A stretch of DNA of 64,000 nucleotides from Octopus vulgaris (taxonomy: Eukaryota): positions 69,812,001 to 69,876,000 of the forward strand of contig OX597830.1 in NCBI GenBank assembly GCA_951406725.2. Reading direction: 5' to 3'. Shown in pieces: positions 40,479 to 53,892 of the stretch. The translations under genes and the position numbers were made by a program. Numbering within the stretch: the first letter of the stretch is position 1; every line of letters starts with the position of its first letter. The notes beneath the pieces were generated by a model. It saw nothing but the letters and a program-made list of their open reading frames with translations, was not told the DNA's origin and did not search any database.

Positions 40479-40840
40479 GACGGGCTTCTTTTCAGTTTCC
40501 GATTACCAAATCCACTCACAAGGCTTTGGTAGAAGACACTTGGCCAAGGTGCCACGCAGTGGGACTGAACCCGGGACCATGTGGTTGGTAAGCAAGCTAC
40601 TTACCACACAGCCACGACCCCCCAAGGGCAATATAGACCCCGATTGAGGACTACTGGTGTAGACAATCCCTCCTTGACTAATTTTGTCGATGTTGTTTAG
40701 CGCACTCCCAAATGAGCTGTGAACAAATAAACCTATAATCAAAAAGCACCCCTTTTACGACCATCCCGATTAAAATTCAGCATGGTATCTCAGATTGTGT
40801 TCTCAGATGCCTCCCCTTTTTTATCCCCAAGACAGCAGTG

Positions 40841-41243
40841 GGATCTTTTCGGTTTGAACGGCAGTTTTTTCTAGCGGTGTCATATGAAATTGTCACCCAT
40901 AATTATGACCCTAGTATCGATCTGTTTTAGGGTTAGGGTTAGGGGTGGCGGGAAGGGTATCTTTTTTTCTTCAGAAATGTAAGTAAACCCAATCTGTTTC
41001 TTAAACGAGGGATATATTCATACGGCACAGAATATTTTCACCTCAATAGACGTCATTGATTGGTTGAAATTGCAGAAATTGAAGAAAAAACAACAACAAA
41101 TATCTTACAAACTATAGAATTTTCTCAATAAAGCCAGGAGAAAAAGATGTTTTATAAACACATTCTACCAGTATACGAAGTTTAAAAGTGTTTAGTTAGG
41201 TGGAAATTATTTTTAAAAACTGCCGTTCAAACCGAGAAGATCC
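40841..41243. mobile_element. MITE with ~30-bp TIRs, 8-bp TSD and internal (TTAGGG)3; Merlin-like
   Basis: TIRs ggatcttttcggtttgaacggcagttttt / aaaaactgccgttcaaaccgagaagatcc; TSD cagcagtg / cggcagtg. Confidence 0.85.
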
Positions 41244-42848
41244 CGGCAGTGTCTGATTTAAGGGCGATTTCGTTACTATTTCTAGCAGTTCGAGCGGCCA
41301 CGTAGAGGCTCCTTCTCACCGTCTCGTTTTTGTTTATTGTCGGTTCAGATTATGTACAAGTATCAATGTTCTTTAGAATAATAATGTAGTCGCGTTGTAT
41401 AAATAAATAAAGTATATTATTCTATTTGGCTCAGCCAAATAAATTATTGCTTCTACTTCACAGCTGAATGGTTGACGTTAGAAAGGGTATCCAGCTGTAA
41501 AAAAAAAAAAAAAAACCCACGCGCATATATACACACATATATACATACATAAGAAAAACGCAAAACATATTAGAGAAGAAGAAGAAGAAGAAAGAAAAAA
41601 AAGCAAACCAAAGTAAAAACATTCACCTTCATGAAGATTCATGCAACCATCCGACTCATGCAAATGTTGAAAAAGAAAATAACTGTAAAACTGTCAAAAT
41701 AAAACCCCACCAAAACAAACAAACGAAGAAAAACACAAGTGTTTTATTACATATTTTGTTACTGGTGAAGTCTGAACAGAAGAAAGGTCAAATTCGCTAG
41801 CGACGAGCCCAGCCTACAAATTTATTGCAGCATTAAAGTTAAATCATAACTATAAACTAACATCAAACTTACTTCCTCTCTTCCGAGAGGCTGAAGCTTG
41901 ACTCAATAAGCCACCAGCCAGTAACTTTCTTGAAAATATTATTTTCATATATTGTTAATCTTTAATTTTGAGCAATAAACTTTACTTTGATATTTATCAT
42001 TCTACCTTTGAACTTGGAGCAGAGGAAAACAGAAAAAGGACTACCTTAACTTGGCAGTAAAATGTTAGTTTAGAAAATAGCTTATCTTTGAAGTGAGGCG
42101 ATGCAAACCAAGTCCGTTTGATGTTTGTTTGATCTGTGAGTTTGAGTCATAAACTAGACTTTACTACGTACATAATCTCTGACCTTGAATACAAACATAC
42201 ACATATAGACATAACTGGATCTGTGAACACTGATGTCAGAAACATGCAATGTGATATTTTCATTTTAAGTTTCAATGACCAACCAAGGAGAGATATATAA
42301 GTTGTCTGCTTGATAAAACATCAGCATCATTTTTGTTGTTGGTTTTGTATAATTTTGTTATATCAATCAATGCAAGCAGGGACAAGCCTTTTACCGAGAT
42401 TTCTTCTTTTTTTTTTTAACTTCTTCATTGAACGATTGAATAGGACGAACAGACTGATAGGAAGATCAAGTTCGTCTCATTTTTTTTTTTGGCTCGCATT
42501 TTAATAATGCTGTTTATATTGTATAATAGTTGAAAGGTGTTGTGATTGCTGTTGTTGTTACTGAATATTTCTTGGATTTCTTGTGTACAGTAGCAGCAGC
42601 AGCAGCAGCATCATCATTTCAGAAATGGAAGCAATACTGTCCAGTGCTATATAATATATTTCGCTGATGATGATGATGATGATAAAAGTCACTATAAAAA
42701 CCAAATGTGCCCTTACCCCTAGTATATAATATGTCAGATTTTATTTTTAATTTAGTTTAATTTTTGGGGGGTTTAAATTGTAAACAAAACATCTTTGTTT
42801 ATGAAATAATATTGGGGGTTCTTTCAGAAAATATTTATGACAAACTAC

Positions 42849-42881
<33 letters not shown>

Positions 42882-43239
42882 TATGCGTACATATATACGC
42901 ATACATTTATATATATGCACACACATATATACATATATATATATACATGTGTATATATATATATATGCATATATATATATATACATACATATATACACAC
43001 ATATACATATATATGCATATATATATACATACATATATAAATAAATACATATATATATACATATATATATACATACATATATATATGCATATATACACAT
43101 ACATATATATACATACATATATATACATATATATATATACATACATATATACATACACACACACATATATATATATATACATATTTATATATATATATAT
43201 ATGAGTATGTGTATATATACACACGCATACATATATAAT

Positions 43240-43304
<65 letters not shown>

Positions 43305-44042
43305 ATTTTGTTCGAGTCATTCTCTTGCCACTCTGAGTTTCACGAAAGAATTATTCAATACTCCTTTGTGGAGAACATTTTCAGTAAACTTCTACAAGAA
43401 TAGAGTTGACAGTGACTTCGAAGTTTCGGTGTGCTAATCTTCGTCACTGCCCCCCCCCTCTTCTTGTAAAAGTTTAATATGTATGTATACGCACGCGCAA
43501 GAGTGTGTTTTGTTATTTTAATAGTTTCTTGCATAGAAGACTATAAGTGATACGGAATGGTGAATGTTCTCAATTCAATCATCACTTGCCGCATGGCTGG
43601 TGTCCTGGAACCTTTCTATGATTTCCCCCCAAATCACAGAACCCATCTCTATATTCTACGGACATTCTCCTATCGCCGCCATCTTAATTCGAATAAAGTT
43701 TTAAATGAAATAAACATTGTTTGAAGGATAGGAGTTTTTCTGTTTTTTTTTATAAGACTAAAAAAAATATTACTATTATTGTGGTATAAAGCGTTGACCT
43801 GGCAGAATCGTTAGAACACTGGGCAAAGTGCTTGGCAACATTTTATTTGTATTTACATTCTGATTCAGCGGTTCGAATTCCACTGAGTTCGTCTTTGCAA
43901 GTGGAAATGATGCTATCCTCAAACCGGAAACCTGGTCTGAGTAATGCTTGCGATAGAGGGGATTTCGCTAATAGTACCCGAGGTACAATATGATGATATC
44001 AAACTGGGTGACGAGTTGAGTCCAGTGACGCAGCTAGTGTGT

Positions 44043-44620
44043 ACCGTCCGGGACGTGAAATTTTTTTCCCACGAGTGTTCTAGACCCCCAGTAATGAGCT
44101 TATTTGCATGCAGCCAATCAGAGCTCACCTAGACCTTGTTGCGAAGTTAAGGAACACACTCTACCTAGTAAACTCTAGACGAAGAACGGGTGTTGTAAAT
44201 CGACCAATCGCCAAGTTATGCCTGATTTTAGAGGGAAAGAAGTAATTAGATAGATTTGCATCTATACCTATTATCGGATTTTGTTAGGGCCCCTCCGTAT
44301 GGTAAAGATGTGGATGGGGAAAATGTGGGTTGAGGGCGATGTGCTAGCAACCCTTTCCTCTTACTGTTTTACAAAGTAAACAACAACAAAAAATAACTAC
44401 GCAGAGGCAGCCAAGGTTGAAACAAGAACAAGAACAACAAGCATTCTTAAAAGAGAAAAGAAGCATGGCCATTCCTTACCCAAGTGACCTTTTCTTATCG
44501 CCCATCATTTGTTATGCGCTCATAAATTAGTTTGATAGTTGAGCTCTGAATCGCTATATGCAAACGAGTTCATAACTGGGGTCCAGAACTCTCGTGGGAA
44601 AAAATTTCGCGCCCGGGACA
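44043..44620. mobile_element. Old non-autonomous DNA element with ~85-bp imperfect TIRs
   Basis: gtccgggacgtgaaatttttttcccacgagtgttctagacccccag...agagctca at the left; its diverged reverse complement tgagctct...ctggggtccagaactctcgtgggaaaaaatttcgcgcccgggac at the right. Confidence 0.75.
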
Positions 44621-45034
44621 GCCCTTGAGTTTGCATCCCACCTGTCATCAGTCTCAGAGGCTTTCTAAAGGGGTTACAGACATTGCTTTATTTCCCGATT
44701 AAAAGAAAAAAAAATCATTGGCTTTGATACTTTATGTTGTTGTTGCTGTCTACCTCCAGGTCAACCCCAAGAATCCATTAATATGCATGCTATGTATCAT
44801 GGTAATGTTCTGGTGACCGGATATGCAACCTCTCTCTTTATTTGCATTCATTCGTGAATATACAATTGTATTGTATAATGCGTAGCATGCATATTAATGC
44901 AAACACGTAAGCATAATTTATTCTACTCTAAAATTATTACTATATGAAGAGGGCTGCGAAACGGCTGTAATCCTCTAAAGATATCAAGTGGCTAAATAAA
45001 TATATTCACCTCTCACACCGCTTGAATTATTATG

Positions 45035-45071
<37 letters not shown>

Positions 45072-45102
45072 CATACATACATACATACATACATACATAA
45101 AT

Positions 45103-45135
<33 letters not shown>

Positions 45136-46281
45136 CATATATATACACGCACACACACACACACTGATGCACTCATGCACTCTGTATTTAAATCTACGTT
45201 CCTCTACACTCCAAGTATACACAGACACAGTTACATAATGCTACCTGCTACCCAGACACCTTGCGGTTATGTCAAAGTACCAACCAATATTTTTTTTTCA
45301 GAGTCTGTTTAAAGAATCCTAAAAATTGCATAAAACGATAAACATAAAAATAAACCAAAAAAAAAAAAAGAAAAACAGCTAATTTGCTCACAAATCTATA
45401 TTGAAGTATAAGAGAGGTGCTAGTTTAAACGATTTCTTTTTCTCCTCTTTATTAATAATTTTTGTAGGTGTGTGTGTGTATGTGTGTGTGTGACATATGT
45501 TTGTGTGGTAATCTAAGTGTGATTGTGTGTGAATATGAGTGGGTGTATATATAAATGTGTGTGACATGTTTTAAGGGTGTTGTGTTGTTTGAAATCTTTA
45601 ATACGAAAGACGATTTTTTTTTATCCGTGGTGTCTTTTCTTTCAACGTTGGCAATAAAAAAAAAATAGGAGAGGAAATAAAAGAGAAGTTAATTGATAAA
45701 TGAATGACTAAAGATGGGTCGAATAAATCCATTCAGCCAAGCCAAACATGTCACTCTCACCTTTTTATTTTTCATTTTATGTTTCGATATGCGCTTTTGA
45801 GAGCTGAGACGGTGAGACACAGCAAGATTAAAACAATACTGCGGCTATGGTGTTCAATATATACACATGTAACCGATATCTCCTTTTTTTTTTAAATCAT
45901 CCTTAATCAAAACTCACACTGTCTCTAAATGCGACCAATCAACTAAGCAACCAATTACTTTAGCCACCTATATTGAAGATATGAAGTTGAAACTAATAAA
46001 GAGAGAGAGAGAGAGGGTGGGGGTAGAGAGAGAATTTTTTTTCGTTGGTAAATAATTTTGTTAAGCAGAGGGCATTTGGTCGTTTAACCGACTGGAAATT
46101 GTTAGGAGTGGCTGTGTGGTAAGTTGCTTGCTTACGAACCACATGGTTCCGGGTTCAGTCCCACTGCGGAGCACCTTGGGCAAGTGTCTTCTACTATAGC
46201 CTCGGGCCGACCAAAGCCTTGTGAATGGATTTGGTAGACGGAAATATATATATATATATATATTTATGAAAGAAGCCCGTC

Positions 46282-46322
<41 letters not shown>

Positions 46323-46645
46323 GTTTCGAGCCGTTGTGAATTCTTGGTAGGGTGAAGAAGAAGAAGGTTGATGAGGAGAGTGAAATTTGAGGCTTGAGGT
46401 CGTATTTTGAATGGTCAGTGGCGGCTAGCAGTTGCAGTTCAATTCGGAGAATATTTATTGAAAGGTTTGTTTATGGAATTTGTGTGTTATACTAAAAAGC
46501 ATTAGTGATAAAGTTGAGGTAGAAGGTGGAGAAGAAGAAGAAGAAGAAGAAGAAGAAGAAGAAGAAGAAGAAGAAGAAGAAGAAGAAGAAGAGAAGATGA
46601 CGATTGTGTGATGTGTGTGAAGAAGAAGGAGAAGGAGAAGAAGAG

Positions 46646-46687
<42 letters not shown>

Positions 46688-46799
46688 CTTTGTTTTCATA
46701 TATATCAACTCGTGTTCTTTTCCCATGTGTATATGTTTGTGTGTCTGTGTCCCCCCCCCAACATCGCTTGACAACCGATGCTGGTGTGTTTACGTCCCC

Positions 46800-47728
46800 T
46801 GTTTGAAGTATGATCTCTCCTCTGATCAGTACCTGACCTGGAAAATCTTGGCGTATTTCACGCAAGTGTTCTTGTTTGATCCTTGTTTGCTCTGCTAAGG
46901 CCTGGGAACACTGTTCGCAGTGAGAAGGGTTTATCCTTACTGTTGAGAGACTCTCTATTACAAGAGATGAACCGCTCTCATCACCGGAGAGGGGCGCATT
47001 ATCACTTGAGATTGGTTCTCTTTCATAGGAGGTGGCTTCCTCGTCTCTGGAGAGCCTCTCTTCTTCCCGGATGGTGTACTTCACTTCGTACATTTTTTTA
47101 TTGCTTTTTATTGCTTTTTAATTTTTTAAAAGATCTGCTGATCCCCTTCAACCTTGCAAGAGGATAAAGTGGTACTGATGTGAAGATTAGATTCTTGTTA
47201 TTGTCACTGTTGGTGGTTCGGTTTCCACTGGTTGTAGTTGAGAGAAGCAGATCTTGGGACTCTTGTTTTGCTCTTAGCAATGGGGATGGACTAATTGTTT
47301 CGGCGACCCCAGAATCATTCCCCGTGCCGCCTAATGCTGCAGTGTCACATTAGGTCAAGCAACCTTCGTGATTCATTGCTGCTGTTGTTTTCATTCTATA
47401 AAAATAAAAATAAAAACTTCTGGGTAGTAAATCTTTAAATGACCTTTACATACACACGAGTAACAACTGAGTGTTTTTTTGCCTTGGATGTCCAGTTTGA
47501 AGCTTTCCTTTCACCATACATTACAGGGTACAACTCTCGAACTGCTTTGTGTTCTTGCGGACTCAAGCGGTCTTGTATGTCCACTGTGATCTCTTCCATT
47601 CACCTATCACCATGAACCAGAGATTGTTGAACTATATGCCACTATCCTTTAGTCTTTTCAGTGAAATATTTCATGTCTAGAGTTTTCATGTTTGACGAAG
47701 TATTCTCGTGAATTGTTGGCAGAAACGT
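46800..47728 (-). pseudogene. Decayed, spliced protein-coding relic of unknown identity
   Basis: Acceptor ttacag at 47729. The frame TFLPTIHENTSSNMKTLDMKYFTEKTKG*WHIVQQSLVHGDR*MEEITVDIQDRLSPQEHKAVRELYPVMYGERK... continues across a 58-nt GT-AG intron (47453-47396), then through a frameshift into ORF 47093-46800. Truncated by a SINE. Confidence 0.5.
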
Positions 47729-49706
47729 CTGTAATTTTATAGTTTATAGTTGAAGCGGTATAATAATTATTTTCCCCCCATTTCCCCTAAATTTACATGA
47801 TCAATATCATTCATTTCAGCTTTTGTTTTACGTTATTATTTTATCATCATTTTTTTATTTTTGCTCGACAATATTCTTTCGGGGTGATGGGGTCGTGGGG
47901 TGGACGGTGCCCAAGTATTAGGCGCCATGTTTGACTGGAATATTTTATTGTGTGAGAAAAATTAACTTATGTTGTCATATTCCGGTCAGACTTCTAATAA
48001 AAGTTTATTAGGTCTTCATTTGTTTTATAAAAAACCATGACCGTTAATTAGTCGGTGAAATGGAGTGGGGTGAGGCTTGTTCTTCCCCTTACATTTTGCT
48101 TGCCTTATTTGACATTGTAGTATTTCTCTTTGGCTTCTTTTTCCCCTTTGCTCTTCTCGATGGGTCCAGTAACCTGGGTGCTGCTACTGATAATGTCTAG
48201 GGGAAAGGGTCATGGATCCTATTCATGGTCGGTTCCTGGAACTGAAGACAGGGTGATCTCGACCTGCCACTACTGTGCTGTTAAAGTTACGGTAAACGAA
48301 GGATCAACATAGAACCAATGTCCCTACCCGAGCCCCTTATACTAAGGTTGCTTCATATGTTGCATCAATATCCCGATGAGGGTGGAGAAGGACTGGTTCT
48401 GAAATCAGACGTAAATGTAAACATGCATATGCCAAGCTCCAGTCAATGAAAACCACCTCACTCCACATATAGGCCGCATCTTTGAAGGCATATAAGAAAG
48501 CCAAACCACTTTCCGAGAAGCAGAAATATGTAACTACTTTCTCTTTTACTTGTTTCAGTCATTTGACTGCGGCCATGCTGGAGCACCGCCTTTAATCGAG
48601 CAACTCGACCCCGGGACTTATTCTTTTGTAAGCCCAGTACTTATTCTATCGGTCTCTTTTGCCGAACCGCTAAGTAACGGGGACATAAACAGACACACAA
48701 ACACACACGCATATATACATATATACGATGGGCTTCTTTCAGTTTCCGTCTACCAAATCCACTCACAAGGCTTTGGTCGGCCCGAGGCTATAGCAGAAGA
48801 CACTTGCCCAAGGTGCCACGCAGTGGGACTGAACCCGGAACCATGTGGTTGGTAGACAAGTTACTTACCACACAGCCACTCCTGCGCCGATGAATGAATT
48901 CAGTACAATCAACAGGTAAAGAGGTAGAAGTGTTCATGACATTCTAAATTCCCTTATCTACGGAGAGCTGACTCGAATTCAGAATTTCTTTCTGGCTCCC
49001 AACCAATGCTATTTTAGCTACTGTCAATGTTATGCAACTTTGGGATATAACAAGCGAATCTATTTATATTATAAACGTGTCCGATTGTGTTTTTTCTGTA
49101 TAATTTCCGAAATATTAATGGCTACGTTTATACTTGTAATTGCATCTATTTGTCTTATTTGTCATTATTCATTTTCTCTGTTTGTCCATATTTTTAGAAA
49201 TGGTGTTTTTATTTCCACTAGTTTCACCAAAGTTTCCTTCGAAAATCCTGAGGTCTATACATCGCCCGCACCTATTACTCTTTTACTCTTTTACTTGTTT
49301 CAATCATTTGACTCCGGCCATGCTGGAGCACCGCCTTTAGTCGAGGAAATCGATCCCGGGACTTATTCTTTTGTAAGCCTAGTACTTATTCTATCGGTTT
49401 CTTTTGCCGAACCGCTAAGTTACGGGGACGTAAACACACCATCATCAATTGTCAAGCGATGTTGAGGGTACAAACACAGACACACAAACATATACAACCA
49501 TACATATATACATATACATATAAAACGACGGGATTCCTTCAGTTTCTGTCTACCAAATCCACTCACAAGGCTTTGGTCGGCCCGAGGTTTTAGTAGAAGA
49601 CACTTGCCCATAGTGCCACGCAGTGGGAATGAACCCGGAACCATGTGGTTGGTAAGCTAGCTACTTACCACACAGCCACACCTGCGCCTATATATATGTA
49701 TGTATG

Positions 49707-49760
<54 letters not shown>

Positions 49761-49998
49761 TAACAATAATAATCCTTTCTACTATAGGCACAAGATCTGA
49801 AATTTTGTGGGTGAGAATAAGTCGATTATATCGATCCTGGTAGTCAGCTGATACTGAATTAATCGATCCCGAAAGGATGAAAGACAAAGCCGACCTCGGT
49901 GGAATTTGAATTCGGAATGTGAAGACCGACGAAATACCGCACAGCATTTTGCCCGGCATGTTGACGATTCTCCCAGTTTGCCGCCTTTCGCTGCCATA

Positions 49999-51256
49999 TA
50001 TCAGGTTGAGTAAAAAGTAAGCAACGCTTTGAACCATGACGGATTTGTACCTGATTTTTGCTGTTTTTAATTAATTTTTTTTTGAAATTGTCTGATAATA
50101 CAGACATAGACTTGCTCAAATGCATCAATAAATTAACATTAATATTTTTTTCCACCGTTGTTATAATCATCTGAAATGGAACTGTCAAAGCGCGATATTC
50201 GAACAGTTTTGCTATTCGACTTCAAAAAAGGACGTAAAGCAGCTGAAACTGCTCGCGATATCAACGAAACGTTTGGTGAAGAAATAACCAGTGAGTGGTC
50301 AGCTAGAAAATGGTTTAAGCGATTTCGCAGTGGAAACCCGTGTCTTGAAGATCGCGAGCGTAGTGGACACCCATATGTCATCGATGACGCTCAATTAAAG
50401 ATTGTCATTGAGAAAGATCCACATAAAACCACTCGAGAACTGGCAATAGAAATTCAAGTTAGCCAGAAAACCGCCTGCAACCATTTGCATGCAATCGGAA
50501 AATCAAAAATGCTCGACAAATGGATACTACACGAGTTGAATGAAATTCAGAAAATGCGAAGATATGAAACTTGCTCGTCGCTTCTTCTCCGTAACCAGAT
50601 GGATCCATTTCTCGACCGTATTGTAACTTGCAATGAAAAGTGGATTCTGCACAATAATAAACGCTCTACGCAGTGGTTGGACCAAAATGAAGCGCCAAAA
50701 ACCTTCCCTAAACCTGAGAAGGTTATGGTGACTGTTTGGTGGTGTACTGTTGGACTCATCCACTATAACTTCTTAAAACCCGGAAAATCATTACTGCAGA
50801 AACATATTGCCAAAATGAATGAAAAGCTGCTACTTCTCCATCTCAGACTGGTCAACAGAAGAGGGCCAATCATCATTCTTCATGACAATGCTCGACCACA
50901 CATTTCACTAATGACGCTCCAGGAGTTGAGGGAACTTGGCTACGAAGTTCTTCCCCATACAGCTTATTCCCCAGATCTTTCTCCTACCGACTACCAATTT
51001 TTTAAGCACCTTGATGGTTTCCTGCGAGAGAAGGAGTTAAAAAATGAAACCGATGCTGAAAGTGCGTTCAAAGAGTTCATCAGCTCCAGAACTGTAGATT
51101 TTTATGCTACCAGAATAAGCAAACTTGTAACACGTTGGCAAAAATGTGTTGATTGTAATGGTGCTTACTTTGATGAATAAAATTTCCGCATTGTTAAAAT
51201 ATATTGTGATGAATTTCATGTTTCAAAACGTTGCTTATTTTTTACTCAGCCTGATA
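49999..51256 (+). mobile_element. Full-length mariner (cecropia/Hsmar1-like) DNA transposon
   Basis: TIRs tatcaggttgagtaaaaagtaagcaacg / cgttgcttattttttactcagcctgata; TA flanks; 1.26 kb. Confidence 0.95.
50176..51180 (+). CDS. Mariner transposase, 334 aa, open ORF but N,D34D (first catalytic Asp changed to Asn)
   Basis: HTH region (WFKRFRSG), WILHEL in place of WVPHEL, IVTCNEKW in place of TGDEKW, HDNARPH, YSPDLSPTDYQFF; 34 residues between the second and third Asp. Confidence 0.9.
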   Translation: MELSKRDIRTVLLFDFKKGRKAAETARDINETFGEEITSEWSARKWFKRFRSGNPCLEDRERSGHPYVIDDAQLKIVIEKDPHKTTRELAIEIQVSQKTACNHLHAIGKSKMLDKWILHELNEIQKMRRYETCSSLLLRNQMDPFLDRIVTCNEKWILHNNKRSTQWLDQNEAPKTFPKPEKVMVTVWWCTVGLIHYNFLKPGKSLLQKHIAKMNEKLLLLHLRLVNRRGPIIILHDNARPHISLMTLQELRELGYEVLPHTAYSPDLSPTDYQFFKHLDGFLREKELKNETDAESAFKEFISSRTVDFYATRISKLVTRWQKCVDCNGAYFDE

Positions 51257-51715
51257 TAATCCTCTCTACACAAGGTCTGAAATATTGGGGAAGGTATTAG
51301 TTGATTACATCGATCTCAGCACTTGACTCGTGCTTATCTTATCGATCCCGTGAGGATGAAAGTCAAAGTCGACCTCGGCGGAATTTGAACTCAGAACGTA
51401 AAGATGAATGAAATGGCGCCGATTATTTTGTCCGGCATGCAATTCTGCCAGCTCGCCGCTATAAATAATGGTGATCATCATTTTCTTTCTTTTATCTTCT
51501 GTTCTATATCATTCCTTTGAAATAAATAATAATCCACAACAACCCTGCTATAAAATTACAACGCTTGAATTTCAGTCCAATCTACAACTGTCCCTAATGC
51601 CTTTTCTTAACTTCATTTGTTATCTTCTTCACAAATCTCACCCTACATACATACATACATACATACATACATACATACATACATACATACATACATACAT
51701 ACATACACTCACACA

Positions 51716-52379
51716 TATTGGGTCGTCCCATAAATAATGCGGTTTTTCAATTGCATGAACTAAAAGTCGGAGGGGAACGGGATAAACTATCTGCATCAAT
51801 TTGCTATAAAAGCAGGTAGTAATTTTATCTTGACTTATCCTTAGTGCAACCTTTGAAGAGTGCAGTTCGATTTTAACAGTTATTTTTTCAAAGCTATAAT
51901 GGAAGTGACAAAGGAGCATACTCAACATATTTTGTTCTATGAGTTCAATAAAGGCAACAATGCAACGGAAAGTGCGAGGAATATTAATGCAGTATATGGG
52001 GATCAAACAAAAAGCGCAAGCCAGTGTCAATGGTGGTTCCAGAAATTCCGAGCCGGAAACTACAGCCTAGATGATGAGCCTCGCCCTGGAAGGACGTCCT
52101 GCAAACTCTGGTGGAACAAAATCCCATCGTAGCTGTTGAGGAACTAGCAGATAAGCTTGGATTTGGTCATTCAACCAGTCATCAAAGTCAGCGCTAGAAG
52201 AAAAACTTCCATCTTTGGTTTCAAGACGAAAGGTGTTTTTCCATCAGGATAATACAGCAAGGTTGACATTCCAAAGGCTGGAGCAGTTTGAATGGGAAAC
52301 GATGCCCCACCCAGTATATTCGCCGGACATTGCCCCATCTGATTATCATTTATTCCCCAGTCTTCAAAATTGGGATGAC

Positions 52380-52385
<6 letters not shown>
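51716..52385 (+). mobile_element. Internally deleted mariner of a second family
   Basis: Ends tattgggtcgtcccat...tgggatgacccaata; peptides MEVTKEHTQHILFYEFNKG...WFQKFRAG and FHQDN...HPVYSPDIAPSDYHLF. Confidence 0.9.
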
Positions 52386-52463
<78 letters not shown>

Positions 52464-52475
52464 TATACACACATA

Positions 52476-52663
52476 CAGTAATTCCTCACGTTCCAAAACA
52501 CCCCGCGATAAGTGAAAACAGTACTGTACTGCATATTTTAAAAAATTATGCTTATAATTTGTATATATTAATTTTATTATAAATGCAAAACACCACCACG
52601 GAGGAATCGACGTAAGCTTAGATAATAAACCGCGATAAGTGAACCGCAATATGATGAGGGATT

Positions 52664-52667
<4 letters not shown>
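52476..52667. mobile_element. pogo/Tigger-like MITE
   Basis: ta-cagtaattcctca ... tgaggggattactt-ta ends with internal ccgcgataagtgaa repeats. Confidence 0.65.
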
Positions 52668-52708
<41 letters not shown>

Positions 52709-52926
52709 CCACTAAATATGACAACAATATTTTTTATTTCCAATATTTTCTTATTCCATAATTTTTGACTTTCAGTTCTTAATATTTTATAAGACGAAAC
52801 CAGAAATATTTTATTAAAAAGTTATTCAATGTAACAAATATAAAACAAACTTTAAACATACTTTTGTAATTTTCGCTATTTTTTAACTACAACTTTTTAT
52901 TTCCGTGGATTCTTAATCTCCTTTTC

Positions 52927-53054
<128 letters not shown>

Positions 53055-53067
53055 GCATATGTATATA

Positions 53068-53122
<55 letters not shown>

Positions 53123-53837
53123 AATAAAATAAAACATATGCATATATATATATAAACATATATGTACGTACCTACCTCTACATGTACATATACACGCATA
53201 TATGAGTACAGGACACCAAAAGGACGTCGAACACAATGAGAAACGAAAACATAGACACAAACCAAAGGAACTGGACATTTTTTTAAACAACAAAAAAATA
53301 GAGTACAGGACAATTAACACACACATACATATATATATTTAATATGTACGATTAAACGGATGTGGTTTAATTAAAATTAAGAATAAGTACAATAAAGCTA
53401 TATCGTAGCCGTTACTTATAAACCTCGAGTTACTTTTTGCGCTTCTCATTAAAATAGGCGTAATATTTTCTGGCAAGTGGCTTTTGTTTGAGTCACATTC
53501 AACCATTTTCCAACTCCTGAAGAGCTTCACAGTAAAACTTTGGGAAGTACACACACTATCTTTGTTTTCGCATTTATGAAATTTCGGTGAAAACTCGAGT
53601 CGTGTTAATATCGAAAGGTTTTTATGTCTCAAGAAATCAGTTACTTAAAAGAATTGCTATACAAAATACTAAAATAACTTGCTTTTGATAAAACAACAGC
53701 AACAGCTACAAAAAAAAAACAAAAAAAAAACAACGATGACGAGAGAAAAAAACAATAAAAAGCAACAACTAAAAAAACCGAAAAAACAACAGCCTAAAAC
53801 AACAACAAAAATCGCAACAAAATATAACTATAATAAT

Positions 53838-53892
<55 letters not shown>

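Noticed and set aside
40927-40944. Interstitial telomere or chromosome fusion scar
   Set aside because: Only three TTAGGG units, and they lie inside a TIR/TSD-bounded MITE.
46455-46800. C-terminal half of the 212-aa ORF 46455-47093
   Set aside because: From GDVNTPAS onward it reads through a SINE, (CA)n and (TTC)n, so the ORF is chimeric.
50176-51180. SETMAR-like domesticated fusion gene
   Set aside because: No SET domain or upstream exon is visible; the ORF sits inside a complete element with both TIRs.
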